Part shown: positions 1 to 10,275 of the stretch, in pieces | How the letters are laid out: each line of letters starts with the position of its first letter | Numbering within the stretch: position 1 is the stretch's first letter | Assembly: GCA_046313635.1 (NCBI GenBank) | Contig: JBKBYA010000003.1 | Location: 280,868 to 311,804 of the forward strand | Direction: 5' to 3' | From: Pyrinomonadaceae bacterium | Lineage (GTDB): Bacteria > Acidobacteriota > Blastocatellia > Pyrinomonadales > Pyrinomonadaceae | DNA: 30,937 bases | Program-made: the position numbers and the translations under genes | Notes under the pieces: generated by a model | Database searches by the model: none | Told to the model about the DNA's origin: nothing | Seen by the model: only the letters and a program-made list of their open reading frames with translations

Positions 1-954
1 GTGCTAATGAATCCCATTGCGCTTGGTGCTAATCGGTTACGCGTTATTTCCGGCTACGCCACTTCCGCAATGGCATTCCACCATTTGGAAAGGATACGAA
101 CCAAGGGCTGCGACGTTGCCATTGAATTGATTGTCGGTATGGCGCCGCAGGACGGTCTGTCACTGACGAATCACAAAGGTTTTCAGAAGCTGACTGCCGA
201 CGAAGATCGCGCGTTTACGTGTAGTTACATTTACAGGCCGCCGACGGTGCATTCGAAGGTTTACGTTTGGTTACGCGACGAAGAACCGCTCCGTGCGTTC
301 GCGGGTTCGGCTAATTACACGCAGACCGCGTTCGAAACGCAACGCGAAGTTTTGGTTCCGTGCGACGCAAGGTTAGCGCAGGAATATTTCGACCACCTTT
401 CGCCCGAAAGTATATTCTGTGACCACATCGACGCGGAGAACGTCGTTCAGATCTACAACGACAGGGAACTTCTTCGGTCGCGTCCGGCCGACGTTACTCC
501 CGAAGAAGAAGAAAATCTTCAGACGGTTTCGGGAATAGATAACATTGCGTCACTTCCGCGTGTGTGCGTCACGTTCCTTGCGAACGACGGAACATTGCCG
601 CTGGGTTCAGGTTTGAATTGGGGACAACGGGACGGCCGCGAACCAAATCAGGCTTATATACGTCTTCCTTCGACGGTTTACCGAACCGATTTCTTTCCGC
701 CCGTCGCCACGCACTTCACGGTTCTAACTGACGACAACAAAGTTCTGATCTGCACGCGGGCGCAAGACAACGGGAAAGCGATCCATACGCCGCACAACAA
801 CAGTGAAATAGGAATCTATTTCCGCCAGCGTCTTCGCGTTAGGCTTGGCCAGCCTGTCCTTAAAGAGCACCTAGATCGATATGGTCGAAACGATGTCTGT
901 TTCTTCAAGATTGACGACGAAACATACTTCATGGACTTTTCAAATGGCCGATAG
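1..954 (+). CDS. PLD-domain restriction endonuclease (NgoFVII-like); true start may lie at or upstream of the window edge
   Basis: Single HKD-type motif HSKVYVW...FAGSANYT; C-terminal SGLNWGQR...REPNQAYI segment typical of NgoFVII-family enzymes; followed 2 bp later by vsr; visibly lower GC than the backbone. Confidence 0.8.
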   Translation: MLMNPIALGANRLRVISGYATSAMAFHHLERIRTKGCDVAIELIVGMAPQDGLSLTNHKGFQKLTADEDRAFTCSYIYRPPTVHSKVYVWLRDEEPLRAFAGSANYTQTAFETQREVLVPCDARLAQEYFDHLSPESIFCDHIDAENVVQIYNDRELLRSRPADVTPEEEENLQTVSGIDNIASLPRVCVTFLANDGTLPLGSGLNWGQRDGREPNQAYIRLPSTVYRTDFFPPVATHFTVLTDDNKVLICTRAQDNGKAIHTPHNNSEIGIYFRQRLRVRLGQPVLKEHLDRYGRNDVCFFKIDDETYFMDFSNGR

Positions 955-956
955 TA

Positions 957-1400
957 ATGGCGGATAATTTAACGCCTGAACAGCGACAGCGGAATATGGC
1001 GAATATACGGAGTCGTCATACTAAACCGGAGCTGGTAGTACGTTCGATTGTCCATAAATTAGGCTACCGCTTTCGTCTTCATTACAAGAAACTGGTTGGA
1101 AAGCCGGATCTAGTTCTTCCCCGACACAAGAAAATTATTTTGATTCACGGCTGTTTCTGGCATGTGCACACCTGCAGGCGTGGGAGCGTAACCCCGAAAA
1201 CAAACCTCGAATATTGGAAGAACAAACGTCTAGGAAATGTGGAACGCGACGAAGTAAATATAAAAAACTATGCGACCGCGGGTTTTCAGACGCTTGTAAT
1301 TTGGGAATGTGAACTAAGACACCCTGCTCAACTGACTGAGAGGATTGCCGACTTTATGAGTAGCGGAAACCGGCAGGCAAATCATAGAAATCAGGTTTAA
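957..1400 (+). CDS. vsr: Very short patch repair endonuclease
   Basis: MADNLTPEQR..NM..IRS..TKPE start, GKPDLV, IHGCFWH and VIWECE motifs. Confidence 0.95.
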   Translation: MADNLTPEQRQRNMANIRSRHTKPELVVRSIVHKLGYRFRLHYKKLVGKPDLVLPRHKKIILIHGCFWHVHTCRRGSVTPKTNLEYWKNKRLGNVERDEVNIKNYATAGFQTLVIWECELRHPAQLTERIADFMSSGNRQANHRNQV

Positions 1401-1527
1401 GCCGTTACGGCCTCTTGATACTCGCCCCAGACCTTTCTTAGGCGGTTGCTGATCTCGCTGACGGTGGCGCCGGATTCGACGCATTGGAGAATTCGGGGCA
1501 GCAGATTTTCGGTGCCGGCGGCGGCTG
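1397..1527 (-). pseudogene. Displaced duplicate of the last 131 bp of the methylmalonyl-CoA mutase gene
   Basis: Aligns without gaps to 2414-2544, 20 mismatches by manual count; encodes [42 protein letters not shown]; no upstream part of the gene. Confidence 0.92.
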
Positions 1528-1568
1528 GCTTGCGGGGCGGTTGTTTGGGCGAGTTATTGATAGAAACT

Positions 1569-1934
1569 TTAGGTTCGTTTGCCGGCCGTCGATCTCCGTT
1601 TTGCGGGAGCGGTGGAAGCTGTTCTTGAACTGCTGATTCGCGATGCGGGTGCGGGTTCAAAGGTCACACGTACCTTTGCGTTGAGTTCCGCGGCGACGCG
1701 GCGCAGGTTTGCGAGCGAGTGGCCCTCGTAGCCTGGCGACTCGAGCCGACTAACGTGCTGCTGCGAAGTGTTGAGACGTCGGGCCAGTTCCTTTTGCGTA
1801 AGACCGGCCTTTTTGCGCAATGCGGCGATCTGGAGCGCGACATCCCACGCGTCGCCCGCCCGCTCAAAGCGTGCGGCAAAGCCGTCGTCCTTCAATTGTT
1901 CGTCCAGGTACTTATCAAAATTCGTCTTCTTCAT
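1569..1934 (-). CDS. XRE/HTH antitoxin (HigA-like)
   Basis: HTH LRKKAGLTQKELARRLNTSQQHVSRLE; ATG at 1934 overlaps toxin stop (ATGA). Confidence 0.88.
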   Translation of the reverse strand: MKKTNFDKYLDEQLKDDGFAARFERAGDAWDVALQIAALRKKAGLTQKELARRLNTSQQHVSRLESPGYEGHSLANLRRVAAELNAKVRVTFEPAPASRISSSRTASTAPAKRRSTAGKRT

Positions 1935-2281
1935 TTTGCCCTCGCCTTCCAATCTGCCATCCGTTCCTGAGCCGTTCGGAGGTCTCGCGCCGCTATCGTC
2001 TGTGCCTTATTCCGGATTCCATGGACGGCAATAATTCGTTGACCCTTCATGAAAAACCAGAGAACGCGAGTGTTTAGTTTGCCGACATGGCGAAGCTCGA
2101 ACAATCCGTCGCCAAGAGCCTTGCTGAGTGGCTCTCGATGGTTCTGCCGGTCCTTCAATTTTGAGAGCCCCGCGAGGACGGCGGCGAAATCATCCGGATC
2201 GCTCCTCTTTAAATCATCGAGAAACTCGCGTACCGGACAGTGTCCGGCGGCCGTCTCATAGAATTCTATGCTGAACCGCAT
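1931..2281 (-). CDS. Type II toxin, RelE/ParE superfamily (Gp49/HigB-like)
   Basis: IEFYET..G.CPVREFL, GLFELR, RVLWFF and IIAVHGIRNK.Q motifs; toxin-first order upstream of an HTH gene. Confidence 0.88.
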   Translation of the reverse strand: MRFSIEFYETAAGHCPVREFLDDLKRSDPDDFAAVLAGLSKLKDRQNHREPLSKALGDGLFELRHVGKLNTRVLWFFMKGQRIIAVHGIRNKAQTIAARDLRTAQERMADWKARAK

Positions 2282-2290
2282 CGTTATTCA

Positions 2291-2306
2291 ACATCAATAT
2301 TGATGT
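2291..2306. promoter_or_regulatory. Perfect 16-bp palindrome, likely antitoxin operator
   Basis: ACATCAATATTGATGT located 9 bp upstream of the toxin ATG. Confidence 0.7.
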
Positions 2307-2413
2307 GCACCAATGGCTGCGATCGAAAGGCTCCGCTACTTGAAAGCGGGGCCCGCAGGATAAAACGCAGAGCCTTTGATCAGCAAGCGACCCTTTTGTG
2401 ACGAAATGACTGC

Positions 2414-4099
<1,686 letters not shown>

Positions 4100-4150
4100 A
4101 GATGAAAGGATAAGGGAAAACTGCTCATGGAGAAAAACCGACGCTTCCCC

Positions 4151-4491
4151 GGAACGCGGACGCCCCCGTCCGCAGTGAGGGCAAAGCCGAAGACCGGCGA
4201 GCGAGAATGAGCCGGATAATCCCGCGCAGACCGTTCGCGTTCGAAGACGAACGCTCATTGCGGACGAGGGCGTCCGCAGTGAGGGCAAAGCCGAAGACCG
4301 GCGAGCGAGAATGAGCCGGATAATCCCGCGCAGACCGTTCGCGTTCGAAGACGAACGCTCATTGCGGACGCCCTCGTCCGCAGTGAGGGCAAAGCCCGAA
4401 GACCGGCGAGCGAGAATGAGACGGATAATCCCGCGCAAACCGTTCGCGTTCGAAGACGAACGCTCATTGCGGACGAGGGCGTCCGCGTTCC
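4151..4491. repeat. REPIN/BIME-like array: three 104-105 bp tandem units joined by GCGGACG-N4-CGTCCGC palindromes
   Basis: Units start at 4168, 4272 and 4376; outer ends ggaacgcggacg / cgtccgcgttcc are inverted repeats. Confidence 0.9.
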
Positions 4492-4507
4492 GCTATAATT
4501 GTGACGT

Positions 4508-5188
4508 CTGAACTACTACAACTACTTCACAGAAATAGAGGACGCATTCGTCCGCCGGCGCGGTAAGCATCTTTTGCTGAGCCCGATGGACTGGGCCTTG
4601 ATCGAGGGCTGGCGCGAGCGCGGCATTCCGCTGCACATCGTTTTGCGGGCGATCGAGTCGGTCTTTGACCAGTGGGAGCGGCAGCCGAATCCGCAGGTCC
4701 GCACGATCAAGAGTCTCTTTTACTGCCGCGAGGAGGTCGAGGCGCAGTTTGCGGAGTGGACGGCCTCGCAGGCCGGCAAGTCGGAGCATTCGGCCGGCGA
4801 GGCGGTCGGCGAAGAATTTTCGCTCGACAATATCGCCGCGCATATCGACGAGGTGATCGCAAAGCTGCGCTCGATCGACGACGCAAACCTGCGCGAAGAC
4901 ATCGAGCGCGCCGTCGCCCGCCTCGAGGAACTGCGTGCGGGCCTCGTCGACGACCTTGAGTACATCGATAAGACGCTCTACGACATCGAATCATTTCTCG
5001 ACCGGGCCTTGCTGACAAACAGCGACCCCGAGCATCTAAAGACCTTGAAAAAGGAAACTGCCGCGCAGCTCAAGCAGTACAAGAGCGCGATGGACGCCGA
5101 GGCTTACAAGCGTGCCTTTGACCTGCTGATGCTCAAACGCCTACGCGACGACCTCGGCATTCCGCGGCTGGGGTTGTTTTATCTGTGA
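4508..5188 (+). CDS. Hypothetical protein, probable CTG start; N-terminal region weakly DnaD-like
   Basis: Frame open from 4505 (in-frame TGA at 4502); CTG-NYYNYFTEIEDAFVRRRGKHLLLSPMDWALIEGW; host-like codon usage; TATAAT at 4494-4499. Confidence 0.75.
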   Translation: MNYYNYFTEIEDAFVRRRGKHLLLSPMDWALIEGWRERGIPLHIVLRAIESVFDQWERQPNPQVRTIKSLFYCREEVEAQFAEWTASQAGKSEHSAGEAVGEEFSLDNIAAHIDEVIAKLRSIDDANLREDIERAVARLEELRAGLVDDLEYIDKTLYDIESFLDRALLTNSDPEHLKTLKKETAAQLKQYKSAMDAEAYKRAFDLLMLKRLRDDLGIPRLGLFYL

Positions 5189-5206
5189 CGTCCTTTGCTG
5201 GGAGTA

Positions 5207-5597
5207 CACCACAGAGGGCAGGAGAGCGGTGAGGTGTCGGGCGGAAGGGAAGTGTGGGCGCGTATCGTTATGCTTTAAGTCTTTTGTGCGAACTTTGCGG
5301 CCTTTGCGGTTAAAAGGAAGTCAGAGCGGAATTGCACCACATAGGGCAGGAGAGCGGTGAGGTGTCGGGCGAAAGGGAAGTGTGGGCGCGTATTGTTATG
5401 CTTTGCGTCTTTTGTGCGAACTTTGCGGCCTTTGCGGTTAAAGGGAATTCAGAGCGGAATTGCACCACAGAGGGCACGGAGAGCGGTGAGGTGTCGGGCA
5501 GAAGGGAAGTCCCGGCGCGTCTTGTTCTGCTTTGCGGGCTCTGCGAGCTTTGCGTGAAACGGATCTATCTCACGCAGAGCTCGCAAAGTTCGCAAAG
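5207..5597. repeat. 128-bp tandem repeat (two full copies and one diverging copy) ending in a 9-mer-armed hairpin
   Basis: Units start caccac at 5207, 5335 and 5463; hairpin arms ctttgcggg ctctgcgag ctttgcgtg (5530-5556) and cacgcagag ctcgcaaag ttcgcaaag (5571-5597). Confidence 0.9.
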
Positions 5598-5625
5598 GGA
5601 AGATCGCGGAGTGAGAGTTTGATTT

Positions 5626-6303
5626 ATGAGAGTGTTTTTGTTGATCGCGGTGATGACGACGTTCGCTGCATCTCACTACTCGCAGACGACCACGGCGACA
5701 AGAAAGTCGACTGCTCCAACGCCGGCTGGGGCGAAGGCCGTCGATCGCGGCAGGCTTGAAGGGCGGGTCTATCGCAACGAGACGTTCCGATTTGAGATCG
5801 CCATTCCCGACGGATGGCTGATCGCCGACGACAAGGCCGCGGCCGATCTCAAGGCAAAGGGCGTTGACCTCAAGCTCAAGGCGCCAAAGGCCGCGACCTC
5901 GCGCGAGCAGGTGCGGCTCAACTTTTACGCCAACCGCGTGACGGTGCTGCTGACTGCGTTTCTGCCGCACGGCAAGGACGACAATTCGATGCTGCGTATC
6001 GCCGTCGAAGACCTCACCCGCGTGCCGCAGGTCAGGGACGCGGTCGATTACTTTGACCTGATGCGCGAGGGTTACCGGACGATGCGACTGCCGGCGGATT
6101 TTAAATACTCCGAAACGCAGGCCGAGAAGCTCGGCAAAAAGCAGTTCGGATTTATCGACACATCGACCGCCGAGAGCAAGACGCGGATCTACGCGACCGT
6201 TCGCGACGGTTACGCGATACTCTTTACGATCAACTACAAAACGCCCGAGCACCTCGGCGCGTTTCGAGACATCCTGGCAAACGCGGATTTTGCTCTGAAG
6301 TAG
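5626..6303 (+). CDS. Secreted/periplasmic hypothetical protein
   Basis: N-terminal signal-peptide-like stretch, Thr/Ala-rich linker, host-like codon usage. Confidence 0.8.
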   Translation: MRVFLLIAVMTTFAASHYSQTTTATRKSTAPTPAGAKAVDRGRLEGRVYRNETFRFEIAIPDGWLIADDKAAADLKAKGVDLKLKAPKAATSREQVRLNFYANRVTVLLTAFLPHGKDDNSMLRIAVEDLTRVPQVRDAVDYFDLMREGYRTMRLPADFKYSETQAEKLGKKQFGFIDTSTAESKTRIYATVRDGYAILFTINYKTPEHLGAFRDILANADFALK

Positions 6304-6360
6304 TTTGCCCGCCGCTTTATCGACACACGCCGGTAAGTTACCGTAGGACTACAGCATTCA

Positions 6361-6459
6361 CTTTGCGGCCTCTGCGTCCTCTTTGCGACCTTTGGGTTAA
6401 AGAAGACCGCGGTAATGATTCAACGCAGAGGACGCCGAGCGGACGCAGAGAACGCTGAG
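6361..6459. repeat. Intergenic hairpin with 9-mer tandem arms
   Basis: ctttgcggc ctctgcgtc ..ctttgcgac ctttgggtt versus aacgcagag gacgccgag ..gacgcagag aacgctgag. Confidence 0.8.
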
Positions 6460-6476
6460 GAGCGCAAGAAAAGTCG

Positions 6477-7673
6477 ATGACGTCCACCCAAACTGCTTCG
6501 GTCAAACCGGGCGACCTGCTCGAGGTCACGATAGAAAAGATCGTGCCCGGCGGCTACGGCCTCGGCTTTGCGGACGGGATGACCATCTTTACCGCGCTCG
6601 CCGTCGCGGGCGATCGTCTGCGTGTCGAGGTGCGCGAGGTCAAGGGACGGATCGCCTTCGCAGAGGTGCACTCGATCATTGAGCCCGGACCGAGCCGCAT
6701 CGATCCGCCGTGCGTTTACGTCGGCATCTGCGGCGGCTGCGACTTTCAGCAGATGACGTACGAAGCGCAGCTCGCGGCAAAGGTCGGCATTATCCGCGAC
6801 AGCCTCGAGCGCATCGCGAAGTACGATCACGCGCGCGAGATCCCGATCGTCTCGAGCCCGCGAGACTTTGAATATCGCCTGCGCGCGCAGTGGCACCTCA
6901 AGCGCGACGAGCAAAACCTCGGATACTACCGACGCAACTCGCGCGATCTCGTCGCGATCGAGCACTGCCCGATACTCGCGCCGGAGCTTGACGCCGAGCT
7001 CGGCCGGCTCCGCGGTGAAATTGACTGGACGCAATTCTGGCCCGAAAAGGGAATGGTGGACGCGGCGGTCGGCGATGACGGCGCGGTGTCGCTCAACTCG
7101 CGCGAGCTCGACGTCGAGCCGCGCGACATCGCGATCTCGGCGGCGGGCGAGACGTACACATTCTCGGCCGCCGCGTTCTTTCAGGGCAACCGGTATCTCG
7201 TCGAAAAGTTGATCGAGACCGCGACCCGCGGCGCGAGCGGACGTAAGGCGCTCGATCTGTATTCGGGAGTTGGGTTGTTTACTTTGCCGCTGGCGCGAGC
7301 GTTCGATCTAGTGACGGCGGTCGAGGATCACGCGCCCGCGGTCGCGTACGCGCGAAAAAATGCCGACAACGCAGGCCTGCACAATATCAAGCTCTCGACG
7401 CAGCCGGTCGGGAAGTTTCTCGCGGAGTATCGCGGCTCGGTCGACTTTGCACTGCTCGACCCGCCGCGTGCCGGAACAGAAAAGAAGACGATCCTCGATC
7501 TCATCCGCATCGGCCCGCGCGAGGTCTCGTACGTCTCGTGCGAGCCGTCGATCCTGGCTCGCGATCTCAGAAGATTCCTGGACGGCGGCTACATTGTCGC
7601 ATCGATCACGGCGATCGACCTGTTTCCTCAGACACATCACGTCGAGACGATCGCGAGACTGCGGCGGGCGTAA
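6477..7673 (+). CDS. rlmD: 23S rRNA (uracil-C5)-methyltransferase, RlmD/RumA family
   Basis: N-terminal TRAM domain, Fe-S motif C..(5)..CGGC...C, FFQGN, LDLYSGVG, DPPRAG, YVSC, DLFPQTHHVE. Confidence 0.88.
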   Translation: MTSTQTASVKPGDLLEVTIEKIVPGGYGLGFADGMTIFTALAVAGDRLRVEVREVKGRIAFAEVHSIIEPGPSRIDPPCVYVGICGGCDFQQMTYEAQLAAKVGIIRDSLERIAKYDHAREIPIVSSPRDFEYRLRAQWHLKRDEQNLGYYRRNSRDLVAIEHCPILAPELDAELGRLRGEIDWTQFWPEKGMVDAAVGDDGAVSLNSRELDVEPRDIAISAAGETYTFSAAAFFQGNRYLVEKLIETATRGASGRKALDLYSGVGLFTLPLARAFDLVTAVEDHAPAVAYARKNADNAGLHNIKLSTQPVGKFLAEYRGSVDFALLDPPRAGTEKKTILDLIRIGPREVSYVSCEPSILARDLRRFLDGGYIVASITAIDLFPQTHHVETIARLRRA

Positions 7674-7711
7674 ATGAAGACTTCGGTGAGCGGGAGCTAA
7701 TCGAATGTTTT

Positions 7712-7826
7712 GGCCGCGGATAAAGCGGATAAGGCGGATCAGGACAGATAAAGTACCGATTTCGGAAATGCGATCTAGGTTTTTATCGGATCTGTTTTAT
7801 CCGCCTCATCCGCTTCGTCCGCTGCC
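7712..7826. repeat. Intergenic hairpin with GCGGAT-type 9-mer arms
   Basis: gccgcggat aaagcggat aaggcggat ... atccgcctc atccgcttc gtccgctgc. Confidence 0.8.
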
Positions 7827-7868
7827 GAGAGCACGTTGGGTTAGCTGGACCGCGGACCGGCGGCGAGC

Positions 7869-7893
7869 ACGCTCCCTTACAGTCGCGTTTCTG
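7869..7893. repeat. Single REP-like palindrome
   Basis: acgctcccttacagtcgcgtttctg; 17/25 identical to 2717-2741 with a compensatory stem change (acgc/gcgt vs acac/gtgt). Confidence 0.5.
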
Positions 7894-7939
7894 CACGTAG
7901 AGTTTGAATCGCTGATTCGGCTTCAACTAGAATTTCGAT

Positions 7940-8926
7940 ATGCCAAAAAAAGACAAGGACCCCAACGGCGAGTCGACCGAGCTGGCGAAGAGCTTCTATG
8001 TCCGATGCCGCTACTGCGGGCAAAAGAACGCGGTCAAGGAAGACTATAAGAACGGCTCGGCCAACTGCGGCAAGTGCAAGCTGCCGCTGTCGAATGAGCA
8101 TCACAAAAAGTTTGCAGACCTCGGCAAGCACGACTACATTCACCCGCTCGACAGCAAGGCCCTCGCGGCTCTGCGTGCGATACCGGGGATCGACTCGGCT
8201 CTCAAAAAGCTGCTCGCCGTAACGGGCGAATCCGCCATCCGCGTCACATTCATGGCAAGCGCCGTCAAGGTCACGCCGAAGCAGTGCCCAGACCTGCACG
8301 CCAAACTGCAGATCGCCTGCACGACGCTCGGCGTCGATATGCCGGACCTTTTCATACAGCAGAATCCGGTCGTCAACGCCTTCACCGGCGGCGTCGAAAA
8401 GCCCGTCATCGTGCTTCATTCGTCGCTGATCGAGCGGCTCAGCGAAGAGGAGGTACTCGCCGTGATCGCACACGAGGTCGGCCACATTCACGCCGAGCAC
8501 GTCCTTTATCTCACGGCCGCGCAGCTCATACTCGCGCTCGCGACGCTGCCGCTCGCGTCTCTGCCGGTGGCGGCGATCATCAAAGACATTCTTTCGGCGT
8601 CGATGCGCGGAGCCTTGCTCGCGTGGATGCGTCGTGCGGAATTGTCATGCGACCGTGCGGCGCTGCTCGTCGTGCAGGACCCTCACGTCATCGGCCGCAC
8701 GATGATGAAGCTCGCCGGCGGCACGTTCGCGTCCAAGATCAACTACGAGCTCTTTCTCGAGCAGGCCCGAGACTTTCAGAAGCAGTACGACGAGAGCAAG
8801 CTCGACAAATTCTGGGCCGACATCATCAACGCCGGCCTCTCGCACCCGTTCCCGATCTGGCGCGTTTCAGAAATTCTGAAATGGGTCGACGAGGGCGAGT
8901 ACAAAGAGGTTTTGAAGAAGAAATAG
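7940..8926 (+). CDS. M48 family zinc metallopeptidase with N-terminal Zn ribbon
   Basis: NAFT.G, AHEVGH (HExxH), R.AELSCDR and SHPFP..R motifs; CRYC...CGKC. Confidence 0.9.
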   Translation: MPKKDKDPNGESTELAKSFYVRCRYCGQKNAVKEDYKNGSANCGKCKLPLSNEHHKKFADLGKHDYIHPLDSKALAALRAIPGIDSALKKLLAVTGESAIRVTFMASAVKVTPKQCPDLHAKLQIACTTLGVDMPDLFIQQNPVVNAFTGGVEKPVIVLHSSLIERLSEEEVLAVIAHEVGHIHAEHVLYLTAAQLILALATLPLASLPVAAIIKDILSASMRGALLAWMRRAELSCDRAALLVVQDPHVIGRTMMKLAGGTFASKINYELFLEQARDFQKQYDESKLDKFWADIINAGLSHPFPIWRVSEILKWVDEGEYKEVLKKK

Positions 8927-8939
8927 CGTTGTGTTCTGC

Positions 8940-9033
8940 TTTTGCGACCTTTGCGTCCTTACCTTTGCGTTCTTTGCGGTTGGAAAGAAAATTAACCGCA
9001 AAGAACGCAAAGGGAGACGCAAAGAACGCAGAG
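8940..9033. repeat. Intergenic hairpin with 9-mer tandem arms
   Basis: ttttgcgac ctttgcgtc ..ctttgcgtt ctttgcggtt versus aaccgcaaag aacgcaaag ..gacgcaaag aacgcagag. Confidence 0.85.
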
Positions 9034-9043
9034 AGCTATCTAA

Positions 9044-9358
9044 ATGTCGATGCTGATCGTTCTCACAACCGCACCGAATACCCGCGAGGCCGAGGGGCTG
9101 GCGGACGCGATCGTTCGCAATAGGCTTGCGGCGTGCGTGCAGATACTGCCGCCGATGACCTCCGTTTACTGGTGGGACGGCGACGTGCAGAGAGAATCCG
9201 AGCACCTGCTCTTGATCAAGACCAGCGCCGAAAAGTACGACGACCTCGAGCAGTTCATCAAAGCCCATCACAGCTACGATGTGCCCGAGATCGTCGCGAT
9301 CCCTGCCGAAAAGGTTTCTGCCGATTATCTCAAATGGCTGCGGGACTATCTCGCCTGA
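9044..9358 (+). CDS. cutA: Divalent-cation tolerance protein CutA
   Basis: LAACVQI, SVYWW.G, E.LLLIKT and HSYDVPEI motifs. Confidence 0.95.
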   Translation: MSMLIVLTTAPNTREAEGLADAIVRNRLAACVQILPPMTSVYWWDGDVQRESEHLLLIKTSAEKYDDLEQFIKAHHSYDVPEIVAIPAEKVSADYLKWLRDYLA

Positions 9359-10200
9359 TCCGTCTCCTCGACGGTCGCCGTGCTGTTTCCGTTCGGGCCG
9401 CTTCCGTTGTTTGCCTCGCCGTAAATTCGAATGATGAAGTTCACCGCATCCGCCGGCGAGTCGGTGAGATGCATCAGGCTCAGATCCTCGGGGTTGATGT
9501 TCTTTTCGTTGAGCATCGTCGAGGTCAGCCATGAGAGCAGCCCGCGCCAGTACGTCGAGCCAAAGAGCACGACCGGGAAGTTTCGTATCTTCTTTGTCTG
9601 AATGAGCGTCAGCGCTTCAAACAGTTCGTCCATCGTGCCGTAGCCGCCCGGAAAGATGATGTACGCATTGGAGTACTTGATGAACATCGTCTTGCGGACA
9701 AAGAAGTATTTGAAGGAGAGCGACTTGGTCTGGTAAGGGTTTGGCACCTGCTCAAAGGGCAGCTCGATGTTGCAGCCGACCGACATCTTGCCGGCCTCGT
9801 AGGCACCGCGATTGGCCGCCTCCATTATCCCGGGACCGCCGCCGGTGATGACGTCGAATCCGGCCTCGGCGAGCAGGCGGCCGGTCTCTCGCGCGGCGTC
9901 GTACATCTCCTCGCCCTCGCGCGTGCGAGCCGATCCGAATATCGTGACCCCGTGCGTCACGGTCGCGAGCGAGTCAAAACCGTTGATGAATTCGCTCGTG
10001 ATGCGAAGCACGCGCCACGAGTCTGACGTTTTGTAATCGTCCTGCGGCTCAGGCGAGCGAAGCAGAATCTCGTCATCGGTCATCTGCCAGTAGCCGGGCG
10101 TCGTCTCACGCTTCTTGGCCTCGGCCACGGTCTCGGGCTCCGGCGGCGAGCTAGCCCGCTTCGGCGCTCGTTTTGGTTTGTTTGCGTCGGTATCAGCCAT
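9346..10200 (-). CDS. LOG-family protein (Rossmann fold, TIGR00730-like)
   Basis: VTIFGSAR, TGGGPGIMEAAN, YFFVRK, PGGYGTMDE; start set at ATG 10200 because the upstream extension is heptamer repeat. Confidence 0.92.
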   Translation of the reverse strand: MADTDANKPKRAPKRASSPPEPETVAEAKKRETTPGYWQMTDDEILLRSPEPQDDYKTSDSWRVLRITSEFINGFDSLATVTHGVTIFGSARTREGEEMYDAARETGRLLAEAGFDVITGGGPGIMEAANRGAYEAGKMSVGCNIELPFEQVPNPYQTKSLSFKYFFVRKTMFIKYSNAYIIFPGGYGTMDELFEALTLIQTKKIRNFPVVLFGSTYWRGLLSWLTSTMLNEKNINPEDLSLMHLTDSPADAVNFIIRIYGEANNGSGPNGNSTATVEETDQAR

Positions 10201-10202
10201 TT

Positions 10203-10275
10203 CGATTTCGGATTTGGGATTGCGGATTTCGGATTGAAGAGTGGTCCGCAATCCGCAATCCGAAATCCGCAATCG
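10203..10275. repeat. Intergenic hairpin with GGATTNN heptamer arms
   Basis: cgatttc ggatttg ggattgc ggatttc ggattga versus tccgcaa tccgcaa tccgaaa tccgcaa tcg; fills the fabI-LOG gap. Confidence 0.88.

Noticed and set aside
1397..1660. 87-aa ORF as a real gene
   Set aside because: Only the last 42 codons match the mutase; the rest is off-frame antitoxin tail and spacer
4100..4438. N-terminal extension of the mutase in the ORF track
   Set aside because: It is the REPIN array read in frame; homology and a -10 box support ATG 4099
4151..4491. CRISPR array
   Set aside because: Segments between palindromes are near-identical and too long for spacers; no cas genes
5207..5597. CRISPR array or small ORFs 5332-5622 and 5357-5557
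   Set aside because: Whole-unit tandem repeat with no unique spacers; the ORFs are translations of repeat DNA
10201..10272. N-terminal extension of the LOG protein
   Set aside because: Translation of the heptamer hairpin (QSEIRNPKSEI); the same applies to extensions of ftsK (18467-18544) and prfB (19704-19789)
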